DNA from: Candidatus Sericytochromatia bacterium
GTDB taxonomy: Bacteria; Cyanobacteriota; Sericytochromatia; S15B-MN24; JAQBPE01
NCBI GenBank assembly: GCA_035284745.1
Contig: JAYKIL010000015.1
Location: 106-64,105, forward strand
DNA: 64,000 nucleotides
Direction of reading: 5' to 3'
Shown: in pieces, positions 27,230-36,231 of the stretch
Numbering within the stretch: the stretch's first letter is position 1
Layout: every line of letters starts with the position of its first letter
Translations under genes and position numbers: made by a program
Notes under the pieces: model-generated
What the model saw: the letters and a program-made list of their open reading frames with translations, nothing else
What the model was told of the DNA's origin: nothing
Databases searched by the model: none

Positions 27230-28288
27230 ATGTTTTCACCGGAAATTGAATCAGCTGCCCTGGCGCAGATTGTAAGAAGGTATCCCGCACTGGGGGGCTA
27301 TGGCGGGATTGTCCGCAATGGGTTAAGTCCGAACACCGCTGCGTGTGTTTTTGAGACGGAGGCGGGCCGCTTTTTTGCGAAGCGCTACGACCCAGACCGG
27401 GTGGAGGCACACAGTCTGTTATGGGAGCACAGCATTAGTTTGCAACTCCGCGCAGCGGATTACCCCACTCCGGTGATTCACGCGAACAATCGGGGTGACA
27501 CCCTGACTTGGCTTGCTGAGAATCCCTACGCCATCTATTCACTGGCGGTGGGGGAAGATCGTTATGGCGAGTATCCTGTCTTTTCACCGTTCCTCGACCG
27601 TGAGGATGCCCGTGCTGCGGGCAGGTGGTTGGCCCGATTTCATCGCGTCATGGCGGAGGGCCCTTTGCCGCTCGCCCGTCCGTTCAAAGGTTTAACGGCT
27701 CAGTATCAGGTGTTGTTGGCCCCTCGCTATGAAGAGGCCTTGGCAGCGTTGTTGTCTCAGGTGCCCATTCTGGAGGCCTACGTCGGGGCGCGTCCCGAGT
27801 GGCCTCCATTGGTTGCTGGGTTGGCGCAGGATGCCGCCCATATCCAACGACTCGCATCAGATTTGCCTGTGGGGGTGATCCACGGGGATTGGCTGAAACG
27901 CAATATGTTTTGGCGGGGGCACGACGTGTCAGATGTTTTGGATTTTGGCATGTGGAACGTCGCTCCCTGGATTTTTGACGTTGCTTTAGCCTTATTGCCG
28001 GTGGGTTTTAACTGGCCTGAATTGCTGCTGGGACGGGTATCGCCGAATCATCCAGATTTGATTGCCTTTCTCTCCGGGTATCAATCGGAACGGCATTTTG
28101 AGGACAGTGAATGGGAGGCACTGCCGTGGATGATGCAAACGGCGCGTCTGGAGTTTTACCTGAGTGCGATCGCGGTGGCCTTGCAGAAGGGCGATCAAGC
28201 GGAAGCCGCTCAGTTTTGGGATCTGCTGGTGGCAACGAGGCACTACTTTGTCTCGAATCCCGCGTGGCGTGAGGTTTTGCTCTCTTAA
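27230..28288 (+). CDS. aminoglycoside/homoserine-kinase-type phosphotransferase (APH family)
   Basis: Catalytic loop VIHGDWLKRNMFW and the DVLDFG metal-binding motif. FAKRY lysine region near the N-terminus. Confidence 0.85.
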   Translation: MFSPEIESAALAQIVRRYPALGGYGGIVRNGLSPNTAACVFETEAGRFFAKRYDPDRVEAHSLLWEHSISLQLRAADYPTPVIHANNRGDTLTWLAENPYAIYSLAVGEDRYGEYPVFSPFLDREDARAAGRWLARFHRVMAEGPLPLARPFKGLTAQYQVLLAPRYEEALAALLSQVPILEAYVGARPEWPPLVAGLAQDAAHIQRLASDLPVGVIHGDWLKRNMFWRGHDVSDVLDFGMWNVAPWIFDVALALLPVGFNWPELLLGRVSPNHPDLIAFLSGYQSERHFEDSEWEALPWMMQTARLEFYLSAIAVALQKGDQAEAAQFWDLLVATRHYFVSNPAWREVLLS

Positions 28289-28413
28289 CTCGCGCACCAT
28301 TAAATATGGTTTAATTCTGCCTCTGGACACGTCAGTTGATCGCTCACTCTGACCATAACCCTTAAGGCCGCGAGGCGCGGATGGTTGGATGTGAGACAGG
28401 AAATTGACCGCCG

Positions 28414-29178
28414 ATGGGTCTTAATTTTCTTTCTAAGCTGAATATTGGACGGGCAGCGCGTCAGGCGTTAACGTCTCCACCCGCTGCGCCTTTGGCGAAA
28501 AAAGCGGTGTCAGCGGCAGCGCCTTTGCAACAAGATGTTTTCGTCAAGGCATCTCGCGCCGGGACGGGGATGTTGCCGAAGCCCTTGATGCCAGCGACCA
28601 CCAAACCGACACTGGCCACCTTGGGTGATCAAAATCTGGGATTTGCGGAACTGGTTGCAAAGAACCCGTCGCTGATCTGGAGCACCCAGATGACGCCACG
28701 GACCGAGCAAGCCATTCGTTCTTTTGCGCAAGGGACCTTGGGGCAATCGGTAAAGGGGATGGATCTTCGCCACCGGACCGCCGAGCAGGTTCGCCACGAG
28801 TTGACGCGCCGAGGTTTCTCTCGTGAAATGGGCGTCATCAAAGATGTGCGGACAGGGCGGCCCGTGATTAATCCTCAGACGGGTCGACCGATTCCGATGG
28901 AGGTCTGGACCCATCGTGATGGTGGTATGGTGCGTATCAAGCCTGAGGGGGACCCGCTCAGCCGTCACCGCCCAGCCCCGCATTTGAGCGTTTCTGTTTT
29001 GTATCCCCCTGGCGCGAGCGGCCACGACTTTAACAATGAGGCTTTCAAAGTAGACTTTGCCGGGAATCCATTACCGAAATGGGCGTCAGACGCGCGGAAC
29101 CCTTTCCCCGCAGCGACGCCGGCTGGCAAGCGTTTCTTGGATGACCTTGCGGCGCGTACGCACATCAATCTTCGTTAA
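28414..29178 (+). CDS. hypothetical protein (disordered N-terminus, compact C-terminal domain)
   Basis: 254-aa ORF with protein-like composition. No signal peptide and no recognised motif. Confidence 0.6.
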   Translation: MGLNFLSKLNIGRAARQALTSPPAAPLAKKAVSAAAPLQQDVFVKASRAGTGMLPKPLMPATTKPTLATLGDQNLGFAELVAKNPSLIWSTQMTPRTEQAIRSFAQGTLGQSVKGMDLRHRTAEQVRHELTRRGFSREMGVIKDVRTGRPVINPQTGRPIPMEVWTHRDGGMVRIKPEGDPLSRHRPAPHLSVSVLYPPGASGHDFNNEAFKVDFAGNPLPKWASDARNPFPAATPAGKRFLDDLAARTHINLR

Positions 29179-29194
29179 GTGTTGACGATCGTCT

Positions 29195-29602
29195 GTGCAG
29201 GTTCACTATTTTTTGGTTTTGCCGCCTGAAACATCCTACCAACCCCAGTTAGAGGGTTGGCTAGGAGAAATGTCTGGCGCTTTCCGTCATCCTGATCAGC
29301 GAGAGCGGATGTGGGTGATAACGGCGGGGCCTGATATGGCCCGGTGGTTGGAGGCCAAGATTCGAATGGAGCCTGGCACGCCCCTGGTTTCCCAGGGCTT
29401 GTTGGTTCTTCATCCTGAAACGATCGAAGTTTATCAAGATGTCCCGCGTGAGATCCTGGTGTCGATGAAGTCGTTACTGATGAACGTCTTGCAGCGATGG
29501 GCTTGTCGCGTTCTTTCGGAGGAAGGTGACGATTGGACGTCGCGCTATGCGACTCACCCGGTCGGGTTGTTTGAAGAAGAAGATACGTGGCACGGGGCTT
29601 GA
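29195..29602 (+). CDS. hypothetical small acidic protein
   Basis: 135-aa ORF starting 16 nt after the previous stop. It is followed by a 13-bp perfect hairpin. Confidence 0.55.
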   Translation: MQVHYFLVLPPETSYQPQLEGWLGEMSGAFRHPDQRERMWVITAGPDMARWLEAKIRMEPGTPLVSQGLLVLHPETIEVYQDVPREILVSMKSLLMNVLQRWACRVLSEEGDDWTSRYATHPVGLFEEEDTWHGA

Positions 29603-29606
29603 TGCA

Positions 29607-29636
29607 AAGAGGCCGCTCCCCTCGGAGCGGCCTCTT
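29607..29636. terminator. strong hairpin between convergent genes (weak U-tract)
   Basis: AAGAGGCCGCTCC-cctc-GGAGCGGCCTCTT: a perfect 13-bp stem followed only by T/GGG. Confidence 0.6.
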
Positions 29637-29704
29637 TGGGTCCCATCATCTGCTTTCTCGCGCCGCAAAAATCCGCGACGGAGAAAAGCCCGCATAGAAC
29701 CGGT

Positions 29705-30340
29705 CTACCAGAGCCAGTGATACAGGCCGTAAGGCTCATGTCTGCCATCCGTGACGGCAATGGTCGGTGGTTGGAAGACGTAGGTCCGGCTGAAATTGTA
29801 ATTCTCTCCCCCGTCCCGCCCTCGGTGCTCGACGAGTGCCCTGACGATCAAGTTTCTCGCGGGCAACGAGGACGTCGTGGCCCGGAATCCATCGGCTGCG
29901 CGTGCGCCGTTAAGAATAGCGAGCGGTTTGTCCACGTAAGGGTTGGCATAGTGGGGGTAAACAAAATAAGTCGCCGCGACAACGGGGATTCTCCATTCCG
30001 GCGTTCGCTGACGGGTTGAAATCACTTGCGGAATATGTCGGATGGCTTGCGGTTTTCGATGCAGCGAAACCTGCAGTCCGAACGTGGGTTGGCCGTCGGA
30101 AACAGAGTACCCATCGCGCCACGCGAAGGCGTGCAGGTCGAAATCTTCCTCAGAGCCTGAGTAAAAACCATCTATCAATGTCGCGTTGGCGTTGCCAGAG
30201 TCTGACGAAATGGCAGGTCCTCCGGTGAGCGCACGGGAGGGTTCTTTTTCAATTCGGTACAGGGCCTGCCCGTGCGCCGCGCCTGCGAAGAGCGGCAAAG
30301 TGAGCACGCAAGCAGTGGCTGCAGTGAACCTCATTGACAC
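29705..30340 (-). CDS. secreted hypothetical protein
   Basis: 211-aa ORF. Signal peptide MSMRFTAATACVLTLPLFAGAAHGQ. Aromatic-rich, ends ...YGLYHWLW. Confidence 0.6.
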   Translation of the reverse strand: MSMRFTAATACVLTLPLFAGAAHGQALYRIEKEPSRALTGGPAISSDSGNANATLIDGFYSGSEEDFDLHAFAWRDGYSVSDGQPTFGLQVSLHRKPQAIRHIPQVISTRQRTPEWRIPVVAATYFVYPHYANPYVDKPLAILNGARAADGFRATTSSLPARNLIVRALVEHRGRDGGENYNFSRTYVFQPPTIAVTDGRHEPYGLYHWLW

Positions 30341-30476
30341 GGGGGCCAGATTCCTTTGCGAGAAACAATGGGCAGTTTACCAACCTGCCAACCCTGTTTT
30401 ACCCTGTGACCCTTATCACTTCACCACGAGCCGAGAAGGTTATGGTCGCGAGAAAGTCGCATAAGGCCTTTCCGTG

Positions 30477-31892
30477 CTAAATCCGCTGGATCGTCAAAAG
30501 TTGTGGCGGTGTCGCGTCCGCGGGGTAGATCAGACTAAGCGTCAGATCGCGGCGTCCCTGCGCTGCAATGGCAAGGGTCTCGAAGGGTGGCAATGTTTGT
30601 CCGCGCCGCAGTACAATGTGGGTGAATCGGGGAGGCAGCGTCCGTGTGCCGATCCATTCATCGACACGAAGCAGACCCCGGAATGTGACAGCTTTGTCTG
30701 GCGGAGTGCGAAAGGTCGCCACGTGATGGCCGCCTTGTGAGGTCACCTGGGTGGGATGGCTCAGCGCCAAGGCATACGCACGCGGTTCTGGCGACGGGTT
30801 TTCCAGTCGCAATACCATCTCATATCGGACCCCGTAGTTGCCGTGTCCTTGATAGGCGGATTCGGGGTATCGCGACGTCAACGGTGCGCTTTGGACTTGT
30901 TGGGTCCCCAGTCGGTTCAGGTGTACGGCAGAGATAGGAAACCCGACCGTCTCGCCCGGTGCCAAAGGGGCGACCTCTCTCGACAGGTTGCTGTTCCACG
31001 TCGCTCCGCGGGTCACACCCGCGACCCGGCCGTAACGAAATCCTTTCTTAATTTCTTTTCCTTCGACCAGAGGGGTTGCCGGTGCTTCGAGGGCTCCGGC
31101 GCGCGTATTTTTGCTTAAAACAGACTGAAAGTCCTCTTTCGAAGGAGAGACAAAGTCTGAGGGGCTTGAACTGTTTGCAAAAACAGCGACCTCAGACACG
31201 TAGATGGGAGCATCGCTGTGCATGTAAAGCTGCGTCGTGCGCCCATTGATGGGCGGTGGAAATGCGACGTTGGTGGGGATAGGAAAATCAAGCAATAACT
31301 GGTTGCTGCCGGGGGGGATACTCCATTCGCGGGGCTTGAGCGGGGAAAGTCCTCGCAAAATTTCACCGGCCACCCGGTCACCCGGCCCCGCGAAGAACGT
31401 TCCGGTCGGATCGGGCAACAGGGGGCGCAGGCGCCTAAAGAGGGCGTCGGGCTGGCTTAAGTAGGTCGCACCTGAGCGAAGCCCGAGTTTGCACAGCGTT
31501 TTTCCGCGATTATGTGCGATCAGTCCGAGGTGCAATCGCCGGGTTCCAGGACGGGGATCGCGGGCGATGTGGTGAGAGAAAATGGCAAAGTCGCCGCTGA
31601 AGGCAACCCCTTGAAAAGTTGACTTGAGCTGTTCGTTCGGCGCAGGCAGGGTGGAAAGTACAATGCCCGGCCGCGTGACAATTTCAGGCGAATTACTGTT
31701 GAAAACCAACGTTTGATCCAGTTTCCCTGGTAAAGGATGCATCCGCAAGGCAATTTCGGTCGTTTTCTGAGGCGCAGCGGGCATGCCGGGGGGACGTTCT
31801 CCTTCGAGCAGTTCGAATTGGAGCGCAGCACATCCAAAAAGAACCTGCGTGGCACTGAGCATCGCGGCAGAGTAGATAGAACGGCGGTGCAT
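30477..31892 (-). CDS. hypothetical lipoprotein (possibly DUF3370-like)
   Basis: 471-aa ORF with lipobox VLFGC. The LVFNSNSPEIV..GIVLSTLP motif and the length remind me of cyanobacterial DUF3370 (memory only, unverified). Confidence 0.7.
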   Translation of the reverse strand: MHRRSIYSAAMLSATQVLFGCAALQFELLEGERPPGMPAAPQKTTEIALRMHPLPGKLDQTLVFNSNSPEIVTRPGIVLSTLPAPNEQLKSTFQGVAFSGDFAIFSHHIARDPRPGTRRLHLGLIAHNRGKTLCKLGLRSGATYLSQPDALFRRLRPLLPDPTGTFFAGPGDRVAGEILRGLSPLKPREWSIPPGSNQLLLDFPIPTNVAFPPPINGRTTQLYMHSDAPIYVSEVAVFANSSSPSDFVSPSKEDFQSVLSKNTRAGALEAPATPLVEGKEIKKGFRYGRVAGVTRGATWNSNLSREVAPLAPGETVGFPISAVHLNRLGTQQVQSAPLTSRYPESAYQGHGNYGVRYEMVLRLENPSPEPRAYALALSHPTQVTSQGGHHVATFRTPPDKAVTFRGLLRVDEWIGTRTLPPRFTHIVLRRGQTLPPFETLAIAAQGRRDLTLSLIYPADATPPQLLTIQRI

Positions 31893-31950
31893 GGCACTTA
31901 TTTCCCCAATTTAAATCACAAAAGGCAAGGCGGCTTTCCTAACATCCTAT

Positions 31951-31976
31951 AACAAAAGCGGGTTGCAGCCACCCGC
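31951..31976 (-). terminator. candidate intrinsic terminator for the SulP gene
   Basis: On the minus strand: GCGGGT-ggctgca-ACCCGC followed by TTTTGTT. Confidence 0.45.
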
Positions 31977-32042
31977 ACGCGAAAGACATCTCTCGGGTGG
32001 CAGGCTTTTTGAGGCCGCGATGTTGCTGGCCTTGCGAAGTGA

Positions 32043-32084
32043 GCGGGAGTCTCTTCCTGGGGTGGGGGGAGACTTCCGCTTTTT
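32043..32084 (+). terminator. plus-oriented terminator-like hairpin with no obvious upstream plus-strand gene
   Basis: GCGGGAGTCTC-14 nt loop-GAGACTTCCGC (one G-T pair) followed by TTTTT. Confidence 0.4.
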
Positions 32085-32099
32085 CGGGATGGTTTTGCG

Positions 32100-33800
32100 C
32101 TAGGTCATGTGCTTTAAGATGGCCTGTACACTGCTTTCTGTGTCGGGATGGAGGCGACTCTGGTCTATTTCGCCGGGTGCAATGCCCATCAAGCGTAAAA
32201 TTCGGCGGGGCTGTTCTTGTAACCCGCACAATGCGACGGGAATTCCTTTCCCTTGAAGGTCCAAGGCAAGATCCGACAAAGTGTAAGCGGCGGACTGGTC
32301 TATGAATGATGAATGGGCGAAGTCCAAAACGACGCCGCCCGCATCGGCGAGGGCCATCACAACGGTTTGCAATCGCAGGGCGTTGCCGAAAAATAACGGG
32401 CCGTTGACGGGGACCACGTATATGTTTTGTAGCAATTTTTGTGGGTGATCCTCTCGCGCGGGGTCTTCATCAGTGTTCGCGAGCGTCGGGGGGGCAAAAT
32501 CGAGGTCTGACATCCGCTTCACAAATATCAGGCTTGCCATAATCATTCCTGCGGCGACCGCTTTGATGAGATCAACAAAAACGGTGAGCAGCAACACCGT
32601 GAAATTGACCGCTGCATCCGCACGCGGAATTCGCAGAAAGTGCCGGAGACCCCTCACATCAATGATGCCCATTCCGACGGAGATGAGAATGCCCGCCAGG
32701 ACGGCCAATGGAATTTCTGCGGCCACCTTGGAAAGCCCGAGCATCACGACCAGCAGGAACAGCGAGTGAACGATACCAGCCAGCGGGGTTTTGCCACCCG
32801 CCATCACGCTCACCACGGTGCCTTTTGTGGCACCGGCCCCCGGAATGCCACCAATAAGGCCCGCAAAAATATTTCCGAGCCCCTGTCCGATGAGTTCGCG
32901 GTCGCTGTCGTGTCGGCTGCGTGTCATGGTGTCGGCGATGAGGGAGGTGAGCAGTGAGTCAATGCTGCCCAACGCCGCGAGCATGAGGCCTGGTATCACC
33001 ATCAAAACCAGGGTTTCCGCATTCAGGGGAGGGATATGCAGGGTTGGAAGCTCCAGGGGAATGGCCCCTATTTTTGGCACTTCCAACTTCAGAGCCCAGG
33101 CCAGCGGGGTCAAAGTGATCAGGGCGACAAGGGCTCCAGGGATGCGCTGTGTGATCCTCCCCGTGAGGTACACGAGGGCGATTCCCGCGAGGCCCAATGA
33201 CAGCGCGGCCAGGTTCGCGTGGCTCAGGGCCACGGGAAGTTTCAGCAGGTTATCAATGACGTGATATGAGCCGCTGTGGCCCAGTAGGGGTAAGGCCTGC
33301 AGTACGATGATGATGATGCCGATGCCACTCATGAAACCGGACACCACGGGATAGGGGACATAGCGGATGAATGCGCCCAGTTTGAGAACACCAAATAAAA
33401 CCTGGAACACCCCCCCGAGAGCAATGGCTCCAAAAACGACGGCGGGGTTGCCGCTGAACGAGGCCACCAAGCCTGCCACCACGATAGTCATGGGGCCTGT
33501 GGGGCCAGAGACCTGGGACGGCGTTCCACCGAAAGCCGCAGCGAGCAAACCCACTGCAATGGCACCATACATCCCCGCAGCCGCCCCGAGGCCGGAGGCC
33601 ACCCCGAAGGCAAGGGCAAGTGGCAAGGCGATGACACCAGCGGTGATGCCACCGAAAACATCTCCACGCCAATTCAGTAACCATGCGTGTGGAGCAGTGA
33701 TCCAATGGGGTCTCCCTGGCATACTCTGACAGCTCCTCGTGTTGCGTTGCGCCATTAGGAGTGTAGCCTGTTTGCTGCGGGCGTGTGGTGAGCGCACCAC
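32100..33800 (-). CDS. SulP family anion (sulfate/bicarbonate) permease with STAS domain
   Basis: 566-aa ORF (internal ATG 33722 or 33755 are possible starts). GDVFGGITAGVIALPLALAFGVASG, many TM helices, C-terminal STAS (VVLDFAHSSFIDQSAAYTLSDLALDLQGKGIPVALCGL). Confidence 0.92.
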   Translation of the reverse strand: MVRSPHARSKQATLLMAQRNTRSCQSMPGRPHWITAPHAWLLNWRGDVFGGITAGVIALPLALAFGVASGLGAAAGMYGAIAVGLLAAAFGGTPSQVSGPTGPMTIVVAGLVASFSGNPAVVFGAIALGGVFQVLFGVLKLGAFIRYVPYPVVSGFMSGIGIIIIVLQALPLLGHSGSYHVIDNLLKLPVALSHANLAALSLGLAGIALVYLTGRITQRIPGALVALITLTPLAWALKLEVPKIGAIPLELPTLHIPPLNAETLVLMVIPGLMLAALGSIDSLLTSLIADTMTRSRHDSDRELIGQGLGNIFAGLIGGIPGAGATKGTVVSVMAGGKTPLAGIVHSLFLLVVMLGLSKVAAEIPLAVLAGILISVGMGIIDVRGLRHFLRIPRADAAVNFTVLLLTVFVDLIKAVAAGMIMASLIFVKRMSDLDFAPPTLANTDEDPAREDHPQKLLQNIYVVPVNGPLFFGNALRLQTVVMALADAGGVVLDFAHSSFIDQSAAYTLSDLALDLQGKGIPVALCGLQEQPRRILRLMGIAPGEIDQSRLHPDTESSVQAILKHMT

Positions 33801-33875
33801 TCTGCGGCTGCGTGCGGGAGGCCGTTGTTAAGCGTCTATCACGTGGGGAATATGGTCGTGGTAGAGGTGCAGAAA

Positions 33876-34352
33876 ATGGTTTGGAGGCTTGTTGTGCCAC
33901 CTTTTATTGTGAAAGACCTGTCGAGAGAAGTTCCCCGTAGTCCTTTTGATACCCTTGACGGAATTCCGTGGCTTCCCCGGCTGATAGACAAGGCGCGGGC
34001 CATGAAAGCGGGAAAGCTGGGCGAGTACATTCCTTATCCTTGCGGCGGTGACCGTCATTTTCTGTCGACGCTGGGCTTAGATGCTGCGGCCTTGAGGGCG
34101 CAAATTGAGGCGGATACACCGGATGAGGCTATCGTGCACTGGGTGCGAAGCCAATTACCGGTAGATGGCGAGGCGCGGATAGCCCGTTACAAGGAGCAAG
34201 CGCGGACTCCGGTGTCGGGGGACATGGCGCAGCATCTTGAAGAGGCCAAAAGAGCTCTGCAGGCGGACCGTCCTACGCTGTCTCTGGCTCACGTGACGAA
34301 CTTCGCAGAGCTCATTTGCGCGGAAGAGGGGCATCCATTGCCCGGTGGATAA
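33876..34352 (+). CDS. DUF5069-like protein
   Basis: ATG 33876 behind AGAGG (ORF open from 33825). KDLSREVPRSPFDTLDGIPWLPRLIDKARA..GEYIPYPCGGDRHFL matches my memory of DUF5069. Confidence 0.7.
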   Translation: MVWRLVVPPFIVKDLSREVPRSPFDTLDGIPWLPRLIDKARAMKAGKLGEYIPYPCGGDRHFLSTLGLDAAALRAQIEADTPDEAIVHWVRSQLPVDGEARIARYKEQARTPVSGDMAQHLEEAKRALQADRPTLSLAHVTNFAELICAEEGHPLPGG

Positions 34353-34788
34353 AAGTTAATCGCGCGCGCTGGGCGACGGGGCTCGTTTCAACAGGCTTAC
34401 GGGCGACGGGCGTTGAATGCTTTGACGGCCTCGTAGAGGTTTTCGGCCACGCCTGCCCCGTAGGCACGGCCTCCCCGCTGGTTGTAGTATTTTACGACGC
34501 CAAATAACACGTCGGTCGGATCGAAGTTCGCCGTCTGGACGGCGTGCTCGGTGCGGCGGGCGCGAGGCAAAAGCTGGGTGGCGGAAGACGGCACGCTGAA
34601 AAACTCACTGGGGTGGCTTAAACTATATACATTTTATATTTAATCTAATCATAATGTTTGACGGGGTGGTTGTCAAGTGTTGCAGAGCGGCCTTTCCGTG
34701 CGGGCGTGGCGGCGACAAATGCCTCGGTGGTAAACTGCATCGGGTGGCGAGGCCGCGGTTTTTTCGGCTCGGGGCGCAAGGGGGAAAG

Positions 34789-35508
34789 ATGACGAAGAAA
34801 GTGGTGCTTGACGCTCAGACGGCTCTGGATGGTGTCTTGCGCGATGGAATGACCATCATGGCCGGAGGGTTTGGCTTGTGTGGTATTCCGGAGAACTTAA
34901 TTGCCGCGATACGCGCGTCGGAAGTCAAAGACCTGACCTTCATCAGCAACAATGCAGGCGTGGATGATTTTGGCCTCGGCCTCTTGTTGCAGACCCGGCA
35001 GATCAAGAAAATGATCGCCAGCTACGTGGGCGAGAATAAGTTGTTTGAGCGCCAGGTGCTCGAAGGCACCTTAGAGGTTGAACTGGTCCCGCAAGGGACG
35101 CTGGCGGAGCGCATTCGCGCGGCAGGCGCTGGAATTGGCGGATTTTTTACGCCCACCGGCGTTGGGACGGTCGTGGCAGAGGGCAAGGAAACCCGTGTCA
35201 TTGACGGCGTTGAATATGTTTTTGAATTGCCTTTGAAAGCAGACCTTGCCATCATTAAGGCTTGGAAGGGCGACGCACTGGGCAATTTGGTGTATCGGCA
35301 AACCGCGCGCAACTTCAACCCGATGATGGCAACGGCGACGGCTGTTACGTTGGCAGAAGTTGAACACTTGGTGCCGGTCGGCGAGCTGGACCCTGACCAC
35401 ATTCATACGCCGGGGATATACGTGGATCGAATTTTTCAGGGGTCGGCCTATGAGAAAAGGATTGAGCAACGTACGGTTCGTCCCAAACAAACCAGCCCAA
35501 TGGGGTGA
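34789..35508 (+). CDS. scoA: 3-oxoacid CoA-transferase subunit A
   Basis: ATG 34789 (ORF extension to 34654 rejected). MTIMAGGFGLCGIPENLI, ISNNAGVDDFGLG, ELVPQGTLAERIRAAGAGIGGFFTPTG. Confidence 0.92.
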   Translation: MTKKVVLDAQTALDGVLRDGMTIMAGGFGLCGIPENLIAAIRASEVKDLTFISNNAGVDDFGLGLLLQTRQIKKMIASYVGENKLFERQVLEGTLEVELVPQGTLAERIRAAGAGIGGFFTPTGVGTVVAEGKETRVIDGVEYVFELPLKADLAIIKAWKGDALGNLVYRQTARNFNPMMATATAVTLAEVEHLVPVGELDPDHIHTPGIYVDRIFQGSAYEKRIEQRTVRPKQTSPMG

Positions 35509-35545
35509 AAGCCCTTCACGAATGACTTTGCGAGGTTGATACCAG

Positions 35546-36205
35546 ATGCCCTTTGACCGCAATCAAATTGCCGCACGAATCGCACAAGAGTTGCGTGATG
35601 GCTATTATGTGAATTTGGGCATCGGCATCCCAACTTTGGTCGCTAATTTTATCCCGGACGGCGTGAATGTCACCCTGCAGTCGGAGAATGGCTTGTTGGG
35701 TATTGGTCCTTTTCCGCTTGAAGGGGAAGAGGACCCTGACTTAATCAATGCAGGAAAGCAAACTGTCACGACCCTGCCAGGTTCCAGTTTTTTTTCAAGC
35801 GCCGATTCGTTTGCAATGGTGCGTGGGGGGCATGTTGACCTGACAATTCTGGGGGCCTTGCAGGTGGCAGAAAATGGCGATCTCGCCAACTGGATGATTC
35901 CAGGAAAGAAGGTGAAAGGCATGGGCGGCGCGATGGACCTCGTGGCCGGCGCCAAGCGGGTCATCGTGGCGATGGAGCATTGTAGTAAAGACGGGGAACC
36001 CAAACTGTTGACGCGCTGCACGCTTCCATTGACGGGCCAACGCGTGGTGAACCTGATTGTGACCGACTTGGCCGTGCTTGCCGTGACTCCCGCGGGGTTC
36101 GAGCTTTTGGAAGTAGCGCCGGATGTGACCATTGATGAAGTCCGCAAGAAAACAGGCGCCAATTTGCACGTGTCATCCGCCGTGAAATATCCAAGCGGGG
36201 TTTGA
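35546..36205 (+). CDS. scoB: 3-oxoacid CoA-transferase subunit B
   Basis: 219-aa [36 protein letters not shown]. Confidence 0.92.
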   Translation: MPFDRNQIAARIAQELRDGYYVNLGIGIPTLVANFIPDGVNVTLQSENGLLGIGPFPLEGEEDPDLINAGKQTVTTLPGSSFFSSADSFAMVRGGHVDLTILGALQVAENGDLANWMIPGKKVKGMGGAMDLVAGAKRVIVAMEHCSKDGEPKLLTRCTLPLTGQRVVNLIVTDLAVLAVTPAGFELLEVAPDVTIDEVRKKTGANLHVSSAVKYPSGV

Positions 36206-36231
36206 CGCAGGCCGGGAGGTTTTCCTTCTAT

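Noticed and set aside
34397-34594. 65-aa minus-strand ORF (..FGVVKYYNQRGGRAYGAGVAENLYEAVKAFNARRP)
   Set aside because: The C-terminal part looks protein-like (possibly a remnant of a lysozyme/transglycosylase-type gene). However, it has a GTG start without an SD, is very short and shows no recognisable domain. It is left unannotated, and a homology search could rescue it.
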